From contig NW_002060967.1 in assembly GCF_000150275.1 (NCBI RefSeq), positions 62,001 to 126,000 of the forward strand: a stretch of 64,000 nt of DNA, written 5' to 3'. Shown here piece after piece: positions 23,096 to 35,283 of the stretch. The stretch's first letter is position 1. Each line of letters opens with the position of its first letter. This DNA comes from Trichoplax adhaerens. Taxonomy: Eukaryota > Animalia > Placozoa. The position numbers and the translations under genes were made by a program. The notes beneath the pieces were generated by a model. It did not search any database. It worked only from the letters and a program-made list of their open reading frames with translations, and was not told the origin of the DNA.

Positions 23096-25830
23096 ATGTG
23101 CTTGGTTAGTCTTAGAATCGAATTGAACATAGCTCAGCCTAAAAGTCGGTCGGTATAAACTGAAGCTGGTAAATAAAATTTAGATAATTATTAATAATTA
23201 ATGATATAGTGTCTTAATACTTGCGTTCTTGCTACCAACGGTTGTACTGTAGCAGTTATGATTTGCACACCTACTTCCAAATCTTGCCCTAAATTAAGAG
23301 GTATCTTCAATAGTGATTGCTTCTTATGGTCTTTAGCTTGGACCCTAAATAGTTAGAATTTCGCTATATCAATTATGAAATACTAGTGCAAACTCCCGTC
23401 GCTTTACTGACGGTTTACGATAATGTGCTCATTTAACAGAGGTTCAGTAACTTTATACCGTACCGTGTAATTGATTTAGTTTTGATAATTGTCTTTGGAG
23501 ATCGAATTTTGTACCTGATCAAAAGCTCGTCGAATCTTTCAGAAGCATCAGGTACAGCACCAACATCTTCATCTTCAGGAATTGTAATAATATCCTAAAA
23601 CCCACTATACCATCAAAACAGTAAATAATTTTGTAATGGTATAACTTAGACCAGAGCAAGAGTTATTTTCTGCCTGATAGAATTTAGTAATATCGAAGAT
23701 ATTATTAGCTGACTGAATATGCATTAATTCAATTTCTATCCCAATATCGTAAAATCAATTAAGATCAATCATCCCCATGAATGACAAATTAAAATTGATA
23801 ACTACGGTATTTGATATTCTGAGAGTAATTACCTCGTAGAAAACATGTTAGAGCAAGTCCATAAGGCATCATTCATGGAAATGTCATCATTATGCCCATA
23901 ATTTTTTATACAAAATCGGTACCTTCTTCCCCATAACCAGATGCCACAAAATGTACTATTCAACTCCAATATTATTTACTCTCGACATAGTCTAACATAC
24001 TATAGTATCGCAATACCGTACGTAGTTATAATCGAAAGAAGTGCTCTTTTAATGCAATATACGATGTTTACACGTTTACAACATGCTGTACAGTAGTGCA
24101 GTACTTGGCTCACAGTATATTGAGCTTAATTATCATTCATCGTACACACATACACTCCCACGGAAATTATTTTCTGATAAATAAGATGATTACTTGCTAA
24201 CAGTGTGTCTTATTTACAAAACTCTCTAAGCATCTGACGAATGGCAATCCTAACAAAAATTCTCGTCATTGATTAACAATAATTATTGGAGCTGTTGAAA
24301 AATTACTCGATATTATATACAACTGCAAGTATATGCAAGTGCTAGTAGGAAACTGGCCAGCTATTATCAGCTTTGGCTGCAAAATATACGTACAGTATAT
24401 AAATGATCTATGTTTACGTAACTTAACCCGTATATTATAGTATACATTCAATATATTCAGTAGCGTTGCGTCGTCTTTATCAGTGAATTATATTCAACAA
24501 TATTGCAGTATCTCGGTATCTCGCTTTAGCTACTTAAAAGGAAGTTGTAATTACTTTGTAAACTACGAAGTATTAGATGCTTTGACTAGATTAAAACTAC
24601 ATGTAATATCAGGGATGAGCAGAGGTCTTAATTTGTAAACTAACTGTACCGAAGAAAACGATTCCAACCGAATCTTTAACACTGCAGACAATTTTATTCA
24701 TGAGAACACTTCTAGCACTGTACACTTGAGGAAAATGATAAACCGGTTTAAAGATTAATCAAGGGCAATTAATAAATGGAATATGTTGTGTGCTTGATGC
24801 AATCACAACATTGCAGTAAAGATTATCAAATATTAACTGATATCATCCTATACTATAATACTCTGATAGTACAGAGATTAAGCACTATGGTGTCTCTGTA
24901 AGATACAGTATATAACCTCATAAATAAACTAGTATACGCGTCCATAAGAGCATCAGGATGTGACAAGTACAAGTGTTGTTCAGTCATAAAACTGCTGTCT
25001 ACAGTATTTAAGCATTTGGTACTATAAGTGTTGGCGTATTGCATCTTGCATCATGAGCATGGTAATATTTAATTTCAATTTAGGGAAATTTTAACTCAAT
25101 CCTGCCAGGCAGTATCCTATTATATTATATATACCATGTTGACTTTGACTAACTTTGATGCTCAATTGGAATGGTGTTAAATCGTTGCCATCGCTAAGTT
25201 GGAATATTGGGGGGGGTGGGGGTGCTGCAGTCGATTAGCATGATTAAACCATCTTTACTTGCCCAACGTATCTATTAGGGTTTGAAGAGAGTCAACTATA
25301 TTATATCCATACACTTAAAAATAACTACAATAATAATATTTTTACACAACAAATTAATACATTTGATGAAGTATACGCTTATAAAACATCGCGTGGGTAT
25401 CATATAGATTGCACAGTAAATCGGACATTGGGTATGATGTACTATGCACAATAACTGCATTAGATTGCGATTGTAATAACCACAGAGGTAAGAGGTTTCT
25501 TTTCGTTGACCTCTATGGTAAGAGCTCGGTAATGCTAGTGTATTAGAGATAGGCAAATACTCATTCAATCTGATCCAAAATGATCGAAATTTACTGAATT
25601 GAACTCGCATGCATGGGTGTGCTACCACAGACTGCTATTCACATCAACACACGAATATGTATCGAAATTGCAAATGGTCAACATGTTTGCCCGTCCAGAT
25701 ACAATTCATCTATCACTACTGTGACAAGTACGTCCTGATCAGCAGGTACGTCTTGACCATTTTCTTCTTCTGCAGCAAACATATCACTTCCTCGCCAAGT
25801 CCATACTGAACCTTCACTAAACGTTGCATC
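23096..25830 (-). pseudogene. Unprocessed Ku70 pseudogene (5' part of the gene only)
   Basis: Colinear diverged copy of Ku70 ~13517-16811 with introns. It has a frameshift right after the ATG (ATGCAACG vs ATGACAACG), a G-run at ~25209-25223 in exon 2, large deletions removing exons, and no 3' exons. Confidence 0.9.
23383..23468 (-). mobile_element. Truncated Helitron-type element, 3' end
   Basis: Minus strand reads ...CCGTCagtaaagcGACGGgagtttgcaCTAG|T (hairpin, CTAG, target T). Absent from the homologous site at ~20843. About 58 bp is shared with 38335-38392. Confidence 0.75.
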
Positions 25831-26758
25831 GAATGGCTTCTATGATAATTCAATTTCGCTACTAGCGTTGATAATGTTAGTTTGGTTCTACATTTCTCGT
25901 TTCTCCCTTTGTGCAAATGATAAGCATCAATGCTTTTAATGATGCGCTCGTAGAAAGCTTTCAAAATGTTACTCAATCAATCACAAGTTGACAACATAGT
26001 AAGTGTCATATATCTGAATCTTAGACTCGGTTAATGTTGGTATAGTAACCCACGAAAATACACAACAGTAAGATAACATCACGTTGCAAACCCTGTGCAA
26101 AGATAATCTTGAAGCAGTCACAGTTTGATTGTGCAACGCCTGACAGAACCCTATTTTGTTTCATCACTCCTAATACTGTTTATGTAATCTGTACAAACTT
26201 ACTTATATATTAGGGGGTTTTTTAAAAAGCAACACTGTACTGCTTTTACAGTACTGGCATTTACTATCGTGCTGAAATTAGTACTGCAAACTACCTACAG
26301 TTTGCTAGGATCACCAGGAAGAACCTCTTTTTACTTGCAAGTGTTATTACTTATGAGCAAGACTTAATGTACTTTAGATTCTGTAGACACTTTACGGCCT
26401 ACGTCGGCCGTCTACTTTACTGTCAACTCTGCGGTAGTCAATGGACTTACTGTTTTACGTATAGATTTGATGTGCAGCGTAGCAAACTGTAAAATGCATG
26501 GAAGACTTGGAAAAACATGAAATCTAAAACTTTATTCAATGTCAAGGCTAAATCCACACTGCTACTATACATATTGTATGCAGTCCAAAAAAAAAACTCC
26601 TCTGTGAAAGACAAACATGCAAATGTTCCCCGCCCAGTTACTTTTTGCTTTCAATTGCTAACATCAACACGCTGTACTGTGTGCAGTGTGCAGTGGTAGA
26701 TTATGCGCAGTAGAATGCTGTCGAAAGGAAGCCACCGTTGTTGATTCAACACTGGGCC

Positions 26759-27124
26759 TGCGCATATCGCATGCGCAGTCGTTAACAACAGTGTCCACGG
26801 TGGGCTGGCCACTGGGTGTCGGTGCGGTACGGTAGTGTGTCATACTGTACCGGCCAGGTAGGATGGGTTGTATCGTACTGTACACAGTATCGATCTTCCA
26901 GCACCACCAGGGTTAACTTTCCCCCCCCCCCCGGTACCACATGCTGAACCTCTTTTGTGGTAGAGGGTGAGCTAACCTCCTGACTGGTGGCTTTCAGTGC
27001 CTTGAAAGATCACTGTGGATGAGAAAGTCTACCATATAGAAATGGATGTGTGGTATGGGCACTGGTATTGACGGCAGCGCGGCCACATCCCAACGCCTAG
27101 ACCTGGACCGTCCACTACTATAAA
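26759..27124 (+). promoter_or_regulatory. GC-richer LIN7 promoter region with an NRF1-like palindrome and a TATA box
   Basis: TGCGCATATCGCATGCGCA at ~26759-26777 and TATAAA at 27119-27124, about 65 bp upstream of the LIN7 ATG. Motif matches only. Confidence 0.4.
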
Positions 27125-27185
27125 GGTGCCCAGCATGCATTTGGAAGGGCATCATTAACACCCCTGGCAAAGCAAACGTACAACC

Positions 27186-30100
27186 ATGGCCACAGAAGCA
27201 GACGGCAAGCCTCAACTCACTTTAGAGAGTGGTAAGTAAGTTTTTCCGCTGCAAGACTTTGATGTTTATCGCCTAGTTTCAAGGTTGAAAAAGAGAATCG
27301 ATCTTGTAGCATGGAGGGATAGCTTGAAAGAATGGACAGGCCCCTTTTTCAATTTGAAAATGGCCTTTGCAGATGTTTTCCTACGGTTGGGAAAAAACGC
27401 TGCTAGGTGTTTTTCAACACGGTGGCACCCTTTCCACAAAACGTCCGTTATTATTGAGGGCACACCTTATCCTCCTACTTTTGCCTAGCGTTTATCCATT
27501 GACCATTTGCTTTTTCCTCGCTTCATGACTTTGCTATTGCAATATCTTGTCCATGGAGTCCATGGACAAGATCATACATCACCAAGTCGACTGCCAATAC
27601 ATCGACTTACAAGTGGATGCAGCCGATCAACATGTTGGATTTGTTTTTTTCTTTTTGTTCTTGTCCAACAAGTACAAACTTATCTTGTACAGTACAAGGT
27701 CATGATCACTTCCACATCAACAAAACACAAGGAGAACTTGCAAGAAAAGAAACCAGGAGGAGTAGACACCGATTGCTCATGGACCGTTGGTTCATGAGCA
27801 TTGGAGAGTACAGTAGCCACTGGGGATAATAATTCATCGACGTCCATTAAGTTGTAACGATTAATACATCATTATCAATATTGATCAAAGTCTTTTGATC
27901 GATAATGGAGATCAATGGTTTAGTCGTTATGGAAAAAACAGTTTTCCCTGGCAAATGAAAGAGTGATGTTGGTCATCTTGTTTCTATTGGCTTTAGGTTG
28001 ACCTTCATGATCGTCAATCAGACAGTAGTAGGCGCTATTTCTTGCATTGCGTTTTTTTTTTCACCTGACTACAGAACATGCATAGACAGTAATCTGCATC
28101 ACTGTCTTCAAAGGCTCGACATTACTTCTTGATCGTTGATTTGCCTTCCGTGCATACTACTGCCAGCTGTAGCGAGTATTCCTACTTGGGGTGGCTCGAT
28201 CATTGCAAAGTTGAACATCGATGAAATAGATAACTGTCATTTTTTAAATCTTGGTATGCTACCAAGATACTGGTCTTGCAGTGCTTATTTTACTCTGTGC
28301 TATGTGCAAGAAGGTCCATCATGCTTCATCCAATTTAAAACCAATTGATGCCGCTACTTTTGATCGTTCTGCAATTTTTTTTTTTCTTCTTGCATGACGG
28401 TAGAATGATTCGGTGATCGACCTGCATTCACTCCAATCGCTATTGCTACCTTACTGTTATCACAGCGTTATGTGATTAAATAGAATATACTTAACCTACC
28501 GTAATAAAAATATCTCAAAATTGCACAGTCTTAGCCTAATTGATTCACATAGTAGTTTGATGGAAAATTGACCGAACGATTGGCTACACATGCAAAGGTC
28601 AACTACCGCAAATAAAAAAACATCTCAAAATTGCACAGCCTTCATAGACTTATTGATATGAAATAGCTGTAGTTACATATTGCAATTCCAAGTTCTCTGC
28701 TACGTTATTGCATTACTTTTTATTTCGCTCAAAAAAATACTTCTGACACTAATAGTGTAGACGCGTGTCAAAACAGTAATACGAATGACTACTCTGTTGG
28801 CAAAATTTCTGTTATTTTTTCCCAAAACATTTGTATCTTCCGTTTACATAACTCAATCTTATCCAAATTATCTTCCCTATTTGGTCTCAGGAAAAGCTGA
28901 TCTGTTGATTAAACTATTTTCACCTCATTAGCTTATTTGCCTTGTTCTCCACATGGTGCACTTCGTAGTTATTGTCTATCTTGCTGGAGAAGTTTATCAA
29001 AAATCCCTTAACGTGATAGAAAAAAAAAAGCAGAAGAACTGATATTGTGGATGTCTTCCAACTGTTTCTGCATCGCATCAAGCAACCTTTGCAAAATCAC
29101 TAGATCGACATGCCCCCTTACTTATTGTATGCAATACCATCGCCTTTGCAGCGGTGCTACTCGGAACTACTTGAAATACTGTAGCTTCCACCAGTAGTTG
29201 AAAGTTGTGGAAATAAATCCATTGAGCTCTCTTACAAAAGTTGTCAACAAGCTTATTGTATAGGATAGTGAGCTTAGTAATGAACTAGTTTATGTGGGTT
29301 ATTTTTCGATGACAACTTTTATTAGCTACTCGCTTGCGGTTATTTACCTTACAGCATGATCGTTACATTGATGATGCTAAACAGGTGCACAACGGTGCCT
29401 ACCAGCTGTTATTGATCATGCAAATCCTTATTAGATACAATCACTACTTTAATAGTCAATATTTATTATCCAACGAAGAATTACCAATTCATATCTATCG
29501 TCGATAAAGATAGTCGTTGCAAGTGCTCGATAGACTTATACTCAGGTCAAAATTATATTCACTGTAATCCAATACACACGATGCTAAATTTGACCAAGTC
29601 GGTGTAATTAATTTTTTTTCTGTATAAAAAAAATTCAATTTCCTAAAAGATGCAATTGTGCAAAACCTGATACACCCAGCATCAAGAAAGCGCAAGGGAT
29701 CACTTTTGTACATTATTTTTAATAGTATATCCTGTTACTTGGAGTTCTATCGAATACAGTTTTGAAGTGATTATAGGTAGCGACCAATATTAGTGCAAAA
29801 CATATTAGTCAGCAATGGTTGTACAATTTCCATCCTTGACAGATTTAGTTGATTCCAGGCGTCGCTATTAGGGAATCATGTATAGGATATTCGTCTACGA
29901 TCGTTTTTATATAATTTGGCGTTGTAACTAAAGTGCACTATATTATTATTGGCAGGGACTTCTTAGCAATTTCTACTTGTCTCTGTTATTGGGTAAATAC
30001 GTTAAAAAAGAGTTTCCCTACACAGCACTAAATTACTAATACTGTGCCTGAAAGCTGTATTATGATGCATTTAAGTTATGATATAGTTATATTTAGTGCT

Positions 30101-33100
30101 TTCTTGCATAATGTGATAATAAGTAACACTAATTATACGCGTATGTGTGGTTTTTTGTTATGCCAACTGTGGTATCCGACTGTATAATCTCCTTATTATG
30201 CCAGCTGCAACCTACTTGTAGAAAAATAGCCAATTGTCTTCAAAGCAATCTTCTTCTAACTTTTGACCTAGTGCTCAGTACTTTATCAATCTCCATAATA
30301 GCATAGACGAAGCAATTAGTATGTAGTAATTGAGAGAAATGCATATTTTTTATCGTAATCTATTTGTTCGCATTAAAACAATATTGTTCCGGCATTTTCT
30401 TTTGCCAACAAAAGAGAAACATATCTCTTGTATACTTATGGTTCGGCAAATAGATCAGTCCACTAGTTTTCTATAATAGTTTCTAGGAAAATAATCATCA
30501 TGAAAGAAAAATTTTTTCCTGACATGCTTTAGTTTGTGTTGTCTCTCATGTTTGCGCGAATCACAATTTTTTGACTATTAAAACTGGATACAATTTTAGT
30601 TAACCGGTAGATGCACATTACTGTTGAAAATAATAGTAACTGTAAAAGGAAAATAAAATTCTAAAACTGAAGCACTACAAAATATTTATAATATAGTTCG
30701 CTATTGAAATTATGATTGGTGACAAGGTATGTATGTTAAAGGTAAAACAATACATTTTACGTATATCTTTTCCAATTTATTTACATTACAAGCAAAGTAA
30801 TACATTTCTCAAGATCTTTCCGAATCGATCCTTAGTATTTCTATCTTGTATGCAATATCAGATAGCGATTCAGAAAATAGAATCTAGCATGCAATGTAGA
30901 TGTTAAGATTTGTGTTTTCAGTTCAATCGATCTGTACGCCTTCAAACTACCGATAAGCTCATGTATCTATAACTTTTAGACTGACAATATTTAGCTTAAT
31001 ATTACAACTGCACGTAGGTATCATTTTAATCTCTATAATTAATGATAAAGTACATACGACTAGATATTGTTCCCCTTCATTAAACTTCTAATATCAACAA
31101 TAGTCACAAATAGAAGGCCTTTATCAATTATTCAGACAAGCGAATGGTTTAGTGTTGACAAAATTTTTTTATTTTTATTTTTAAACAGATACTTACATTA
31201 CCCTTGTTTATCGTACTTGCCAGGGATTGAAATGATCATTATTGAATAGATGCTTTATTTCGTATATGCATGGGATGGAAAAGAAGGGAAAGGGTTGAGA
31301 TATGTGGTGTGCATTTACTAACTTCGGATGCTGTAGGATGTTTCCCTTCACATTGCGATTAGTTGTCATATGTACGCAAATGCAGCTCGAAATTTGTAAA
31401 ATTAACCAAACTAATAATAACAAACTAATGGGGTATTTGATAATATTAACTTTAATGGTTGAGTAAACTATCAGTTATATCGCTGGCTATTGATCTTCGC
31501 TAACATAAATGTTTATTGCATCTTTTTGACATCATGATATGCAGGAGACAACCTGGGGATATGCTGATTAGTTAGCGCAATACACAGCATATAGTTTACT
31601 GTAAGGAATACAAAAATCCGTAAGCCTAGGCATCTGTGAATAGTTCAAAATGAACCGTTAAATGCAGCACCAGCATAACATCTAGACGAAATTGAAGGCA
31701 CCATAAAATTTTGACAAGTTTCACGAGTAGCACCACTCGTACGATAGTAGATATCGTAGTCATCTTTAGATAACTTTCACATCTGCTATCGTTCAGGAAT
31801 CTTTTTATATCACGGTATCTTCTTGCTTCAAATACCATGATAGCATTAAAATCTCAGTGAAAATAATGCGACTTGGTAGGATGTTAGGACTCTGTATAAG
31901 CTATTAAAGTATTTAATTAATTTATTCGCTTTTGATCGTAACTCGATCAGTATTGATAAGGACTAAGATATTAATGTGTACTGCGAAATAGCTAAGTTAT
32001 AGTAATTTTATTGACGTAACTTTGATCCAAAATCTTGTAAAGTAACGGTAATTCATCAACGAGATTGCTATATAAAAATTATAAATACTATATATATATA
32101 TACAGATATGCTGACTTGAAAATTAGGGTTTGCAATTTTATTTGATATTTACCCATATTAATATCAATTAAAATATCCAGGACAAAATAGTAAATTGAAC
32201 TATCTTCTGTAAACAGAAAACATTATGTCTTCATAATAAATTAACCTAATTGTTTTATTTGAGATCCTATAATAACTACTAAGGCAACCGATCGACCTCA
32301 AAATCTAGTGTAATTGTTAAATTCTTTATATACTCACTTTTCAATTCCATTTTTTTTGCAGATATTAACAGAGCCATCCAACTGATTGATGCGCTGTCAA
32401 GTCGTAAGTACAATAGCTAAGGATTAATAGTTGCTAACATGTGCTTTACATAGTGCATTTAAATAAAGAATGATGCTCAATTTAATCAACTTATTCATAG
32501 CATTAACCGCCGACATGATTATATAGCACTATGTGAAAGCTTAATAGGGACTATATGAATATCTGTTATTCTATATCTTATGCAAGTGCTAATATCGGCT
32601 CTTCGAAAGAATTAGTTTGTTGGTGCTCGATATTATTCAGTTGATTAAGCTAGCTTCACTGAATCATAAAACTCGTTATAAGTTAAGTTTTGAATGGCCT
32701 CTTTTGCAAAAGCGTAATCACCGTGCTTGGTATATAGTGTATCATAGATTCTAGTACGAAAGGATAGTATGATTTATACATCATGAACAGAGTTAATTGA
32801 TGAGATTCTAGTTTACCTTCAACAAGATGATATGATTAGTGGTAAAATTTTATAGTTCGAAATTGATATGAGCTATTCACTCGATAAACAGATAGAAGCA
32901 TTCCTTCCGAGAATTTACAGAAATTAAAAGAAGTTTTAGAAAGCGACTTCTGTAAAACTGTTCGAGAGGTAAATGAAGTATAAACCTTCGTACTATATTA
33001 ATAATAAATTTTCTATAAGAATCAACCACTGCTACCAATTTACAAAAACACAATTTTGATTACTGTTGTTATTGAAACGAGATCGAGTAGCAAAAAAACA

Positions 33101-34218
33101 CAGCAGACTGTATTTTAATATGTATATCTAGGTACAGTATCAGAATCTTATAATCTGTATTGATAACTTCGTACTAGGTGTACGAAAGCGTATATGACAC
33201 GGTAGATATCAACACTGGAAATGAAGAGATTACAGCCCAAGCTACCGCCAAGGCTACTGTCGCTGCATTTGCAGCCAGCGAAGGCCATGCTCATCCACGT
33301 GTTGTGGAGTTATATAAGGTAAGCAGGGCTCTTACATTGCTTAGATGTTTGGATGTACATATCTACTACACCGAAGTACTTATTGTTAGCTTAGAATAAA
33401 CTGTTGGTAGACAATGCATAAAACTTTAGGTCGAATTATTTGATTGCTACCTTGGCTCGACATGCCTAAAAAAGTACAAAATTGAGGCGATTGTGTAGGA
33501 AGTAAACATTGCATAATGTGATATATGTTTTAAATTAGGGTGAAGAAGGTTTAGGTTTCAACGTTATGGGTGGCAAGGAGCAAAACTCTCAGATATACGT
33601 GTCTAGAATTATACCAAATGGTATCGCAGACAGGTGAATTTACGTATTACTTAATATTTACAATTCTTGTATATTGTACTATTTCTTATAATAGCTATTT
33701 CTGTTGCGCATAAAATTATATAGAGATGGCAGATTACAACGTGGTGATCAAATCTTATCCATCAATGGAGCTGTAAGTACAACTTTAGCTCATTTTTATT
33801 CAAGTCTATTCTGTAATTCTCGAAAGATAGGCTGATACCATTATTATATTCCCAACAGAGCGTTGAAAACGAATATCATGAAAAAGCAGTTAATATGCTG
33901 AAAAATGCGCAAGGTAAAGTAGCGATCTTAATTTTTTACCAAGTAATGCAATAAAACTTTTATTAAAGGTGTTACAACTTTCTATTGTCTAATTATTTGT
34001 TATACATCAGGCAAGATTAGCGTCGTAGTCAAGTATGCTCCAAAATGTGAGTAAAGATCTCTTTGATTTTGACGCTGTGCTCTTATACTATGTGCATTCA
34101 AATACAATAGAATGATAGGAGAAGAAGTCTTAATTTATTTTTTTTGCAAACATAAAATTGAACAGTTTTGGAAGAAATGGAGCAAAGATTTGATAAGCGA
34201 GCCTCGCGTAGAGCATAA
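27186..34218 (+). CDS. LIN7: LIN-7/Veli/MALS (L27 + PDZ scaffold), multi-exon with a ~5.1 kb first intron
   Basis: Exon 1 27186-27231 [15 protein letters not shown](G|gtaagt) splices in phase to [14 protein letters not shown] (~32361). It continues [27 protein letters not shown]...[81 protein letters not shown] and [12 protein letters not shown]. Stop at 34216-34218. Confidence 0.95.
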
Positions 34219-35283
34219 CTGAACTATCCTTGTAAGTTGATATTTTTATTTTTAAATTTTATTCAAAGTACGAAATCTTTTGATGTTGCTTATTTTTTTT
34301 CCCAGTAAAATTACATAAAAAAATAAATTATTATGTTTACATTAATTTGACAGCCATATATGTCGTAGACTCCTCTTATTGGTGGCATTTAACATCTCTT
34401 GGAATATATAATTATTATAGAACAAGACTTTTACTTCGCGTGTCGATAATATTCTTATATCTTTAGTACACGTGTACAACAATTAGTTATTATGTTACTT
34501 TAAGACCACGTAGATCTTGGTTCTGTATTGCGCTTTAGACAATAGGTTTTTTTTTAAAACACCTGTAAGTTAGTGTTGTTGCACTTTTAAATTCAACAAA
34601 CGGTGATATTGTACTGTATATTGTCGTTTTTAGATTTCTTGACATTATAGTCTCCTTTACTTTACTTAAGACGATATTTTTTTGGTTGTAACACCGGAAT
34701 TCTATTAATCAATAATATTAAATCTAGCAAATTTTCTTTTAATCTTTTTGGACTGTTTACAATCGATGTTGTTTGTTGACTGTCCACATTAGCACTTCGG
34801 TAAATTTAGTTGCCTAACTCGATAGTAAAATAGTAAAATATTCCATTCGCGTGGAACTTCTTCATCGGCACTGACCATTACTTGCTGCCTTTTAGTAATA
34901 TTGAACTTTTTTTATCATCAACCCAAATTAATAAAACTGCTTGAAATCCATATGATGGTATAAAATTATATTATTCAAACAAATATACCATAGAAATTTA
35001 AATACAGTAGACCCTTCATATAAAACTTTATACTTTACAGAGCTAATTAGCATTTGATCTTTATAACTAAAAACTGAACATTTTACAGGTCGAAACAAAG
35101 TGGTTAACATTGATCAGTATTAGCTCAGCTCATAGTTTCTAAAGATTAAAGATAATACTACTAAGGCTGCCGTTATAACAGCCAAGTTGTAGAGAGACCA
35201 AGCGTAATAAGATAAAAACTTTAAAATTTGCATGTCGATAGAATTAATTTTCAAGCCCAAAGTGGCCACCGATCAACAACCCA

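Noticed and set aside
30712-30906. ORF with ATG...AAG|gtatgt as a possible LIN7 first exon
   Set aside because: Its phase-0 donor is incompatible with the phase-1 L27 exon. 27186-27231 fits both phase and homology.
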